From NCBI GenBank assembly GCA_913020725.1, contig CAJWCD010000006.1, positions 1 to 53,773 of the forward strand: 53,773 bases of DNA, read 5' to 3'. The DNA is from an uncultured Pseudomonadota bacterium (GTDB taxonomy: Bacteria > SAR324 > NAC60-12). The notes beneath the pieces were generated by a model, which was given only the letters and a program-made list of their open reading frames with translations, was not told the origin of the DNA and did no database searches. This document shows, in pieces, positions 17,798 through 26,847 of this stretch (the first letter of the stretch is position 1; every line of letters begins with the position of its first letter). A program made the position numbers and the translations under genes.

Positions 17798-18301
17798 GAA
17801 TCAGGTCAAAGTCAGAAATCCGAAATCAACAAGGGGTGCCAGACATGATGACCACTCTAGCGCACCTTGCCTTGCCAACACAAGTCGGCACGAAGCTCCC
17901 CTCGCCCTAAACTTTCCCGTCAAACTGCCGATAAGGAAGCCGTGCGGTTGGGGGGGTGACGTGCGTCCACCGCATTTTTCCCTTCACCAGGCGGTGAGTT
18001 GCACTTCAAGTTGAATCCGCGCCTTGAGCAAAGAGCCGTCACATACTCCAATCCTCTTGGCTGTTCCTACAGAGAAATATCGTCTTCTGGAACGTTTCCC
18101 TTTTTCTTGTTCGCTATTAGGGATTTGGAGTTCAACGGGATTGATGAAACCACGAGAAAAACGATTCGGCCCCACAACAGGGGCTATACCGTCTCGTTCA
18201 ACACCGACTTGCTCACGGGTGCCTGACAGTGTGACTGAGCCGCGAGTCGTTTGCCGGGAGAGTGCGGCTCCTTCCAGCATGGGTTTAGCGTCCCATTTGA
18301 G

Positions 18302-18492
18302 AGCGCCAACGGCGCGTTGCCATACCAGCATGGGGCAACGCCCCATGAAACGAGGGCTCGCCGCCGGAGAGAGTTGAAGGCCCGGACCAGTTTGCATGAA
18401 CCCTGATGGGACGGGCTTTCGCCCTTTGCTGCGTGGCTCATCCGGTCATGGGGCGTTGCCCCATACTGGTATGGCGTTGCGCCTTGGGCGCT
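18302..18492. repeat. Long REP-like inverted repeat pair
   Basis: GCCATACCAGCATGGGGCAACGCCCCATGA (18319-18348) pairs with TCATGGGGCGTTGCCCCATACTGGTATGGC (18446-18475). Each arm is itself palindromic; outer AGCGCC/GGCGCT. Confidence 0.8.
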
Positions 18493-18621
18493 AGGAAAAA
18501 CCCTGCCTCAGCAAAGGCGAGAGCGGCGCACCCGTGACCACGTCTGGCGGACACGGGTACGTTCGTGGACATGCCCCTCACTCCCGCGCTACCCAAAGTG
18601 TGACTGGGGAAAGTACCTTTC

Positions 18622-18940
18622 TCAGCCGTACTTTGCTTGCTGAATGTGTGGGGCCAAAGAGCGGTTGAGGTACTTGTGGACGATGCTGGCAATCAGGGTT
18701 TGGTAGGGCATGCCTTCCTCAATGGCCTTGATCTGGATTTGATGGTAGTCCCTTTGCGAGAAGCCGGAGGTTGATGCGTTTGTCTTTTTTGAGGGTGTTT
18801 CGTGCTGCCTGCACCGCCTTCTGCTGCTCGGTCTTGAAATCCTTGACCGGAACCCATTCGTCGCGCTCAATGGATTCCATCAGTTCCCGTTCTTCCTCGT
18901 CCAAAGGCACAAAGGCCGTTTTCTCGAATCTTTGCATCAT
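18622..18940 (-). pseudogene. Frameshifted CopG/BrnA-like type II antitoxin
   Basis: LDEEERELMESIERDEW...ARNTLKKDKRINLRL continues in another frame as SQRDYHQIQIKAIEEGMPYQTLIASIVHKYL. One extra base near 18761. Confidence 0.8.
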
Positions 18941-19014
18941 GCTCCTTTCAGTCCGTAACGCTTCGAGTGTTTCCGGCTTGGAAAAGCCGTCTTCAAGAAG
19001 ATCTCATCATTTGA
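18937..19014 (-). pseudogene. C-terminal remnant of the cognate BrnT-like toxin
   Basis: Reads NDEIFLKTAFPSRKHSKRYGLKGA-stop, overlapping the antitoxin ATG (ATGA). No start codon; glyQ ends immediately upstream. Confidence 0.7.
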
Positions 19015-19015
19015 T

Positions 19016-19948
19016 TCAAGCCGCCTTCGCCTTGGGCACTAGCGATTCCGCCCAGCGGGCGGCAGCGTCGCGGTCTTGCATGAGGGGGAATCCGAGGAGG
19101 CGGCGGCTTTCGAGAAAGAGTTTGGCGGCTTGCAGGGCAAGGGTCCGGACCCGACCAATGTAGGACGCTCGTGCAGAAACGCTGATCACCCCGGAAGCGT
19201 CCAGTTGGTTGAAGGTGTGCGAACATTTGAGAATGTAATCGTAGGCGGGAAAGACCAGTTCGGCATCGAGGGCACGTCCGGCTTCGGTTTCATAGTCGTT
19301 GAACCAGCGCACAAGTTGATCGGTGTCGGCGACCTCAAAGGTGTACTTGGAGTGTTCAAACTCCGGTTGCTGGAAAACTGCGCCATAGCTGACGCCGGGG
19401 GCGAATTCGAGATCGAACACGTTTTCGACACCTTGCAGGTACATCGCCAGCCGCTCCAGCCCGTAGGTGAGTTCGGCTGAAACGGGGTGGCACTCGATGC
19501 CGCCGACCTGCTGGAAGTAGGTGAACTGCGTCACCTCCATGCCGTCCAGCCAGACCTCCCAGCCCAAGCCCCACGCCCCGATCGTCGGAGCTTCCCAATT
19601 GTCCTCCACAAAGCGGATGTCGTGATCGAGCGGGTTGATGCCCAGCGTCCGCAGGGAGTTGAGGTAAAGCTCCTGAACGTCATCTGGAGACGGCTTGAGG
19701 ATCACCTGATATTGATGATGTTGGTACAAGCGGTTGGGGTTCTCGCCGTAACGTCCATCCACGGGTCTCCGTGAGGGTTCCACATAAGCGACCTTCCACT
19801 CCTCCGGGCCCAGCGTCCGCAGGGTGGTCATGGGATTCATGGTGCCCGCGCCGGTTTCGACATCGTAGGGGTTGGCGATCAGGCAGCCCTGCTCGGTCCA
19901 AAAATGGTGCAGCGTGAGAATGAGGTGTTGCAGGGAGTTGGTCATCAT
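19016..19948 (-). CDS. glyQ: Glycine-tRNA ligase alpha subunit
   Basis: [74 protein letters not shown]. Confidence 0.97.
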   Translation of the reverse strand: MMTNSLQHLILTLHHFWTEQGCLIANPYDVETGAGTMNPMTTLRTLGPEEWKVAYVEPSRRPVDGRYGENPNRLYQHHQYQVILKPSPDDVQELYLNSLRTLGINPLDHDIRFVEDNWEAPTIGAWGLGWEVWLDGMEVTQFTYFQQVGGIECHPVSAELTYGLERLAMYLQGVENVFDLEFAPGVSYGAVFQQPEFEHSKYTFEVADTDQLVRWFNDYETEAGRALDAELVFPAYDYILKCSHTFNQLDASGVISVSARASYIGRVRTLALQAAKLFLESRRLLGFPLMQDRDAAARWAESLVPKAKAA

Positions 19949-20013
19949 CTGAGGATAAGGCAGAAGGTAAAAGGCTGAACAAAACTGAAAACCGACCACC
20001 GAAAACCAAAAAG

Positions 20014-21750
20014 TCAGGTTCGCAAGCGGGTTTGGTCGCGCTTGAGCAGGCGGAGCAGCACCCCGTGGAGCCACTGGACTACGAGTTTACAGCGTTGAAT
20101 CGCCAGCCCCTCCAGTTCCAGTTTGAGCCGCTCCTGTGTTTTGGACTGCTCGCGGTGAAACGCCTGCGCGTATTCCGCTGCGTGTGTTGTGGCCCGCAGC
20201 AGGATTTCCCAATGAGTGCGAGCCTCTGGAGTCGCGAAAACCTGACACTCAGATTCCAGAGCAGGCAAGCCCACCTCGCTTAGCTGAGCCAAGGATTCGG
20301 GATCGGGGAAATCCTCCGGGTTGAGCCAGCGCTTGCGGTCCACCTGAATCAGCCGTCGCATCATCTCCGAGGCTTCGTCCTCGTCCTCGCAGAGCAGCAG
20401 GGCTTGGGGACTCCGGAAGACTTCCGGGTTCTCCGACACTTGATTCCAGTCGAGGACATGCTCAAGCAGCGTTTCCAGTTTTCGCGACTGGCGGAGGGCT
20501 TTCTGGAGAACCTGCGCTTCCTGCGTGTAAATCAGCTCGCGGTTCCGGGAAAGTTGGTGGTCACGCCGTAGTTGCTTTTCCTTAGTCTCCAGTGTAGCGA
20601 GTTGCTGGTCAAGTTCAATCCGAGACAGCGGCGGGCCTCCAGTGAGTCTGGGAGCGTGTTGTTTCAGGATTTCTGCGTGTCGGTCCAGCAGTCCCACGAC
20701 TTCCTGCAAATCCTCCGTCCAGTCCAGCGTCACACCGCGCACCACCGCGTTGGGAAAGGGGGTGAGTTGAATCCAGAGCAGCCCGGATTCCAGCTCGTGT
20801 CGTCCGCTGGGCAGTTCGGCCAGCGAGGCCACATCCCGGTAGCCGTGGCGCAGCAGCACCGACTCTGTCAACTCGTTGAGAATCGGCAGAGTGCTAAGGC
20901 AGCGCACCGAGTCCTCAAAATTCGGGGGCGTCAGTATCGGTTCCGTTTTCTGTGAGTCTACGGCCTCCTGCAAGGTGGCCACCAGACGCTGAAAGGGGTA
21001 GGCGCTGGGCTGAAAGCCGTCACGTCGCAAAAGATGACCAATGGTCACGTCGTCCACGCTGAGGGTGGTCACGGCGTTGAGGGGGACGCCGGGAAACAGG
21101 AAGCAGCCCTGCTCTTCGCGGAGGAGGCCCCGGATTTGGGCAGGACGGATGGGATGGGACTGCTGGTCAAGAAACTGCTTGAGCCAGAGTTCGGTAGCAG
21201 TGGTTCCGGATGCGGTTTCCACCGACTCCACTGCCGTCAGCGGGAGCGGCTGGTTGAGGGGCAGTTCCTCCAGCGTCAGGGTTCCGGAAATTACGCCTGT
21301 TCTGCGCAGCACAAGCCTGCGCACCTCCCCGTCCACACGAACGCGGGGGAAGCGGCGGATGTGATGGGAGAGCAGCAGCGAGGGGTCCGTCAGGGTGCAG
21401 CAGAGGCCGTTGGAAAGTTGCACCTCCGGAGCAAGTTTCAGTAGATCCGCGACTTCATTGGTTTCCGGAGCGACAAACAGCAGGGTGGTGAGGGCGCTAC
21501 CCGCACGGAACTGCATCTGTCGGACAAAGAAAATCGCCTCATCCGCCGTTGGAAACGCCGAAATGCGGAACGCCAGCAAAGTCGGTGCCTCCTGCATCAG
21601 CAGCACTCCAGCCTCCCGCACCGCATCCGGGGTCTGGGGGCCTTGCTCCAAACAGCGCCCCTGCATCTTGAGGGCGGGCAGGGCGGTACGCAGGCTTTGC
21701 ATCAACCCCGTCCAATCATCCGGGGATATTCCGTATCCGATCACTTGCAT
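20014..21750 (-). CDS. Hypothetical protein with a C-terminal coiled coil
   Basis: 578-aa ORF co-directional with glyQ. No family recognised. Confidence 0.7.
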   Translation of the reverse strand: MQVIGYGISPDDWTGLMQSLRTALPALKMQGRCLEQGPQTPDAVREAGVLLMQEAPTLLAFRISAFPTADEAIFFVRQMQFRAGSALTTLLFVAPETNEVADLLKLAPEVQLSNGLCCTLTDPSLLLSHHIRRFPRVRVDGEVRRLVLRRTGVISGTLTLEELPLNQPLPLTAVESVETASGTTATELWLKQFLDQQSHPIRPAQIRGLLREEQGCFLFPGVPLNAVTTLSVDDVTIGHLLRRDGFQPSAYPFQRLVATLQEAVDSQKTEPILTPPNFEDSVRCLSTLPILNELTESVLLRHGYRDVASLAELPSGRHELESGLLWIQLTPFPNAVVRGVTLDWTEDLQEVVGLLDRHAEILKQHAPRLTGGPPLSRIELDQQLATLETKEKQLRRDHQLSRNRELIYTQEAQVLQKALRQSRKLETLLEHVLDWNQVSENPEVFRSPQALLLCEDEDEASEMMRRLIQVDRKRWLNPEDFPDPESLAQLSEVGLPALESECQVFATPEARTHWEILLRATTHAAEYAQAFHREQSKTQERLKLELEGLAIQRCKLVVQWLHGVLLRLLKRDQTRLRT

Positions 21751-21868
21751 GGGCGTGGGGTTCGATCAACCGAGTGTAGGGAACTATACACGGCACAGAG
21801 GCAGGGTTCAACGCAAGGACAAGGAAAAGCATCCAGAAGTCAGGCACTAGAAGACAGAATTGAGGTTC

Positions 21869-21895
21869 CTGACTCCTGAATACTGACTCCTGAAT
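21869..21895. repeat. Short heptamer-period tandem repeat (CTGACTCCTGAAT x2)
   Basis: Two copies with a 14-bp period in intergenic DNA. Confidence 0.6.
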
Positions 21896-22045
21896 CCTTC
21901 TCGATTCAGAGTAACACTCCTCGCGTTTCTTGACGCAGCATACTGTTGGGTATGAAGCCAAAAACTTTGCAATCAGGATTGCAATTACCCATAACTTCAG
22001 TCACGCTAGCAGGGTTTTCAACACCAAGCATCTAAGGAGTCATTG

Positions 22046-22393
22046 ATGCAAATCGAAGGAGAACTGATCGAGATTTTCGATACCGAGCAGGTGTCTGACC
22101 GTTTTCGCAAACGCGAATTTGTGGTTGAATACGCCACCAATCCGGACTACCCGCAGTTCATCAAGTTCGAGCTGATCCAAGATCGCTGCGGGGTGCTGGA
22201 CGAGTTCCGCACCGGACAGCGCGTGACAGTGGAGTTTGACCTCAAGGGGCGGCGCTGGACCGACCGCGAGGGCAAAACCCGCTACTTCACCTCGCTGCAA
22301 GCGTGGCAGCTCAAAGCTTTGGGTGCAGAAGGCCCACCACCTCCCGGTGACGATTCGCGCCCCCCGGAAGGTGCGGACGATCTGCCATTTTAG
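22046..22393 (+). CDS. DUF3127 family protein (OB-fold, SSB-like)
   Basis: FRKREFVV...YPQFIKFELIQD...FDLKGRRW...YFTSLQAW and a C-terminal DDLPF tail; AAGGAG RBS. Confidence 0.88.
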   Translation: MQIEGELIEIFDTEQVSDRFRKREFVVEYATNPDYPQFIKFELIQDRCGVLDEFRTGQRVTVEFDLKGRRWTDREGKTRYFTSLQAWQLKALGAEGPPPPGDDSRPPEGADDLPF

Positions 22394-22547
22394 TAGAAGT
22401 CACCGCTCCAGCCAATGCGTCACTTGGGCCGTCGACTTGCCCAGAAATAGCGACTGAACAAACTTCCCCCTTTCCAAAAGGGGGGACACGGCCTCAAAGT
22501 TCGCCATATTACTGGGCAGGTCTAATGATTGGAACACAGAGACGGAA

Positions 22548-23474
22548 ATGAAGATGGATGGTCAAGCGGTGGTGCTGTGCGATGTCGGGCCGCGAGACGG
22601 CTTGCAGAGCGAGCAGCGCATGTTTTCGGTGCAGGAACGGGCCGAGCTGGTCGGGCGACTCGCCCGCACTGGAATGCCCAAGGTGGAGGCGGTGAGCTTC
22701 GTCAACCCCAAGCGCGTTCCGCAGATGGCAGAGCCGGAAGCCGTGCTGGATGCGCTGGATGTGCCGGAGTCCACCGTGATCGCGGGTTTGGCGCTCAACG
22801 AACGCGGCGTGGATCGCGCTCTGGAAACGCGGGTTGGTGAAATCCGCTACTCCTTCGGGGTCAGCGAAACCTTCAACCAGCGCAATCAGGGGAAAACGGG
22901 CGCTGAGAGTTTTGCAATGTTCGCCAACACACTGCCTCGGGTGCGCGAGCGCGGCATCCCCTACGTCCCGATTCTGAGTACGGTGTTCGGCTGTCCGTTT
23001 GAGGGCGAAATCGCCCCGCAGCGCGTCGTGGAGGTGGTGCGGCAACTCGTGGAGGTGGGGGCCGATGAGGTGATTCTGGGCGACACCATCGGCTGTGCCG
23101 TGCCCACGCAGGTGAGCCACCTGCTGACGGAAATTCGGGCGGTGATCCCGGAATCGGTGCGGATTGGGATGCACTTTCACAACACGCGCAACACCGGACT
23201 CGCCAACGTCTATGCCGCGCTCACAGGCGGGGTGCGCAGTTTCGATGCCTCGCTGGGCGGTCTGGGCGGTTGTCCGTTTGCCCCACGAGCGACCGGGAAC
23301 ATCTGCACCGAAGACCTCGCCTACATGCTGCGCAACATGGGCTGCAAGACCGGAATCGACCTGCCCCGCCTGCTGGAAACCGCCAACTGGATACAGGATT
23401 TCTTCGAGGCCACCCTGCCCGGACAAGTGATGAAGGCAGGCCTTTTTCCGGAAGTCGCCACCCAAGCCGCTTGA
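22548..23474 (+). CDS. Hydroxymethylglutaryl-CoA lyase family protein
   Basis: DVGPRDGLQ, SFVNPKRVPQMA, HFHNTR, GGLGGCPFAPRATGN. Confidence 0.92.
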   Translation: MKMDGQAVVLCDVGPRDGLQSEQRMFSVQERAELVGRLARTGMPKVEAVSFVNPKRVPQMAEPEAVLDALDVPESTVIAGLALNERGVDRALETRVGEIRYSFGVSETFNQRNQGKTGAESFAMFANTLPRVRERGIPYVPILSTVFGCPFEGEIAPQRVVEVVRQLVEVGADEVILGDTIGCAVPTQVSHLLTEIRAVIPESVRIGMHFHNTRNTGLANVYAALTGGVRSFDASLGGLGGCPFAPRATGNICTEDLAYMLRNMGCKTGIDLPRLLETANWIQDFFEATLPGQVMKAGLFPEVATQAA

Positions 23475-23481
23475 GCCGAAC

Positions 23482-25134
23482 ATGATCCCCACCGTCGCCC
23501 CGCGCCTCGATTCCTGGGAAGCCATCCGCGCCGCCTTCCGCTGGCAGGTTCCGGAACACTTCAACCTCGCATGGGCCTGCTGCGACCGCCACGCCGAGAA
23601 TCCAAACGCCCTCGCGCTTATCCATGTCGCGGACGACGGTTCGGTCGAACGCTGGGCCTTCCGGGAAATCCAGCGGCAGGCGAACCGTCTGGCCAACGCG
23701 CTGGTGGCCTTGGGCATCCAGCCGGGGGATCGGGTGGGATTGGTGCTGCCGCAGCGTCCGGAAACCGGCATCGCCCACATGGGGCTCTACAAAATCGGAG
23801 CGGTCGCCTTGCCACTCGCCAATCTTTTTGGCCCGGAAGCCCTCAAGTACCGACTTTCCGATTCCGGGGCGCGAGCCGTAGTTTACGATGTTGAGAACCG
23901 CGAAAAGCTGGACGAGATCGCCCCGGAACTTCCGGATTTGGAGTTTCGCATCCAAGTGGACAACGATGTCTCTGGAGCTGAATTGGGCTGGGCGGACTTG
24001 CTTGCCAAGGGCAGTGATGCGTTTGAAACGCGCAAGACGCTCGCCGAAGACCCATGCTGGATCATCTACACCTCCGGCACCACCGGAAACCCCAAGGGGG
24101 CACTGCACGCGCACCGGGCGCTGATCGGGCACATGCCAGGCTGGGAACTCTCCCACGACCTCGGCCCCAAACCGGGAGACTTGGCGTGGACCCCGGCGGA
24201 TTGGGCGTGGATCGGCGGATTGGCCAACATCGTGTTTTGCGCGTGGTTCCACGGGGTTCCGGTCCTCTCACACCGCTTCCGACGCTTTGATCCCGAACGC
24301 GCCCTCGACTTGCTGGCGAAGCACCAAGTCCGCAACACCTTCATGCCGCCCACTGCGCTCAAGTTCCTTCGGCAGGTGTCCAGCATCGACTCCTCCAAAC
24401 TGGCGCTACGAAGCATCATGTGCGCTGGGGAGCCCCTTGGCGCAGAGATGCTACACTGGGGAGAGGCGGCACTGGGCGTGAAGATCAACGAGATGTTCGG
24501 GCAGACCGAGGTGAACTACATCATCGGCAACTGTCAGACGCTCACCCCCGCCAAGCCCGGTAGCATGGGGCGAGCCTATCCCGGACACGAGGTGGCGGTC
24601 ATTAATTCTGAGGGGCAACCTCTGCCGTCGGGAACGATGGGCGAAATTGCTTTCAAGCAGGGCGGCGATCCGGTGTTTTTTCTGAAATACTGGAACAACG
24701 AGCAAGGCACCCGCAACAAGTTTATCGGCGAATGGGCACGGAGTGGTGACGAGGGCGTGATGGACGAGGAGGGCTTCCTCTGGTTCTCCGGACGCGCCGA
24801 TGATGTCATCACCAGTTCGGGCTACCGCATCGGCCCAGCGGAAATCGAGGACCAGTTGCTCAAGCACCCGGCGGTTGCGCTCGCAGCGACGGTTGGGCAT
24901 CCAGACAAACAGCGTGGTGAAATCGTCAAAGCCTTCATCAAACTCAATCCCGGACACGAAGGCACCGACACGCTCAAGCACGAGCTGCAAGACTTGGTGC
25001 GCACCCGACTTTCCGCACACGAATACCCCCGGCTCGTTGAATTTCTGGATGAGTTCCCCTTGACTACAACCGGCAAAGTGCTGCGCCGAGTGCTGCGTGA
25101 TCGCGACCGTTCGCAGCCTGATGGACATCAATAA
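23482..25134 (+). CDS. Acyl-CoA synthetase (medium-chain/ACSM-like)
   Basis: YTSGTTGNPKG, FGQTE, SGDEG, GRADDVITSSGYRIGP.EIE, TTTGK. Confidence 0.92.
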   Translation: MIPTVAPRLDSWEAIRAAFRWQVPEHFNLAWACCDRHAENPNALALIHVADDGSVERWAFREIQRQANRLANALVALGIQPGDRVGLVLPQRPETGIAHMGLYKIGAVALPLANLFGPEALKYRLSDSGARAVVYDVENREKLDEIAPELPDLEFRIQVDNDVSGAELGWADLLAKGSDAFETRKTLAEDPCWIIYTSGTTGNPKGALHAHRALIGHMPGWELSHDLGPKPGDLAWTPADWAWIGGLANIVFCAWFHGVPVLSHRFRRFDPERALDLLAKHQVRNTFMPPTALKFLRQVSSIDSSKLALRSIMCAGEPLGAEMLHWGEAALGVKINEMFGQTEVNYIIGNCQTLTPAKPGSMGRAYPGHEVAVINSEGQPLPSGTMGEIAFKQGGDPVFFLKYWNNEQGTRNKFIGEWARSGDEGVMDEEGFLWFSGRADDVITSSGYRIGPAEIEDQLLKHPAVALAATVGHPDKQRGEIVKAFIKLNPGHEGTDTLKHELQDLVRTRLSAHEYPRLVEFLDEFPLTTTGKVLRRVLRDRDRSQPDGHQ

Positions 25135-25224
25135 CCAACCCTAGAAATGTCTTGGCTTCAAGACTCCAAATCGGCTATACTCCAGCATCAATCAACCTGT
25201 TGCACTTTCGAATTGAATCTGCCC

Positions 25225-26844
25225 ATGAATTTTGGCTTCGTCATTGACAACCGTCGTTGCATCGGTTGCCACGCCTGCACCGTCGCCTGCAAATCCGAAC
25301 ATGACGTTCCGGTCGGAGTGAACCGGACTTGGGTGAAGTACATCGAGAAAGGGACTTTTCCAAACACCCGCAGGATTTTCTCGGTGATGCGCTGCAATCA
25401 CTGTGAGAATGCGCCGTGTGTGGAGATTTGCCCGACGCAAGCCCTGTTCACCCGTCCGGACGGCATCGTCGATTTCGACAACCGCCGCTGCATCGCCTGC
25501 AAGTCGTGCATGCAGGCATGTCCTTACGATGCGCTCTACATCGATCCGGAAACCCACACCGCTGCCAAGTGCAACTACTGCGCACATCGCGTGGAAATCG
25601 GACTAGAACCGGCGTGCGTCAATGTCTGTCCCACACAGGCAATCATTTCCGGAGACCTTGACGACCCGCAGTCCAAGATTGCAAACTTGGTGGCGCAGCA
25701 GCCGGTGACCGTCCGGAAGCCGGAGAAGGGCACCCGCCCGAATCTGTTCTATATCGAAGGCGATGAAGCCTCGCTAACTCCGGGAGAAGCCGGACAGGAA
25801 AACGCTTATCACTGGAGCACCCAAACCCGTGGGGTGGGGCACCATGCTTCTCGCAGTGATTTGAGAACGAATCCCTTTGCCGATATTCTGGGAGAGGCCT
25901 CGGCGGCCCTGGATTCAATCAAGGAACGGCTCAAGGAAGACACCTCAGCGACAACCGTTCGCGCCCCCAAAGCACGACGGGTGTATGACGCTCCCTCGAA
26001 AGGAGTGCTGTGGGGCTGGGAGGTCGCGGGTTACATTCTCACCAAAGCGGTCGCTGCCGGAGCCGTGATCTTCCCCTTCCTCTCTCACTTACTGGACTGG
26101 GATCATCTGAGCGAATCCACAATGACCGCCTCCGTGCTGATGGGGTTAGTGTTCCTCGGCCTGACCGGAGCCTTGCTCGTCAAAGATTTGGATCAGCCGA
26201 AGCGCTTCCTCTACGTTTTGCTGCGACCGCACTGGACTTCGTGGTTGGTGAAGGGAGCCTACATCATCACTGGATTCGGCGGCTTGCTGACCCTCCAGCT
26301 TGTGCTGGGGTTGACGGGTTATTCCAACCTGGGGAGCTTAAGCAGCGGCCTCGACGGCTTGTTGGTTATATTCGCCGTGCTGACCTCGGTTTACACCGCA
26401 TTCCTGTTCGCGCAGGCCAAGGGCCGGGATTTCTGGCAAAGCCCCCTGCTTGTGTTGCACATGTTCATTCACGCAGTCATCGGAGGTCCGGGAGTTTGGC
26501 TGATTCTCAGCCTCGCCTTTGACTCCATGAGCGCGATCTCCGGAACGATGGCGACAGTGCTGGCATGGGGCTTGGTCGCGCAACTGGTGGTTTTGGTCGC
26601 AGAACTTGCGACTCCACACCCCACCGAAGACGCACACCGTGTGGTCGAGATGATCACAAAGGGGCCGTTCAAGACCATCTTCTGGGGTTCCGGAGTGGTG
26701 CTGGGCACCCTATTGCCGCTGGTGTTGCTGCTGCTTTCCACTTCGCCTTTCGCGTTAGCCGGAGCCTCTCTGCTTTCCCTGATTGGCCTTTGGTACCTGA
26801 TCCGCTTGTGGGTGCAAGTGCCGCAACTGCTTTCCCTGAGTTGA
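25225..26844 (+). CDS. Fused 4x[4Fe-4S] ferredoxin (DmsB/PsrB-like) and NrfD/PsrC membrane subunit
   Basis: CIGCHACTVAC, CNHCENAPCVEICP, CIACKSCMQACP, CNYCAHR...PACVNVCP; then WGWEVAGY, DLDQPKRF..VLLRP..TSW and multiple TM helices. Confidence 0.9.
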   Translation: MNFGFVIDNRRCIGCHACTVACKSEHDVPVGVNRTWVKYIEKGTFPNTRRIFSVMRCNHCENAPCVEICPTQALFTRPDGIVDFDNRRCIACKSCMQACPYDALYIDPETHTAAKCNYCAHRVEIGLEPACVNVCPTQAIISGDLDDPQSKIANLVAQQPVTVRKPEKGTRPNLFYIEGDEASLTPGEAGQENAYHWSTQTRGVGHHASRSDLRTNPFADILGEASAALDSIKERLKEDTSATTVRAPKARRVYDAPSKGVLWGWEVAGYILTKAVAAGAVIFPFLSHLLDWDHLSESTMTASVLMGLVFLGLTGALLVKDLDQPKRFLYVLLRPHWTSWLVKGAYIITGFGGLLTLQLVLGLTGYSNLGSLSSGLDGLLVIFAVLTSVYTAFLFAQAKGRDFWQSPLLVLHMFIHAVIGGPGVWLILSLAFDSMSAISGTMATVLAWGLVAQLVVLVAELATPHPTEDAHRVVEMITKGPFKTIFWGSGVVLGTLLPLVLLLLSTSPFALAGASLLSLIGLWYLIRLWVQVPQLLSLS

Positions 26845-26847
26845 ATC

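Noticed and set aside
22464..22486. CCCCCTTT-CCA-AAAGGGGG palindrome
   Set aside because: Single short copy in this window. It could be a terminator or repeat fragment, but there is too little support to call.
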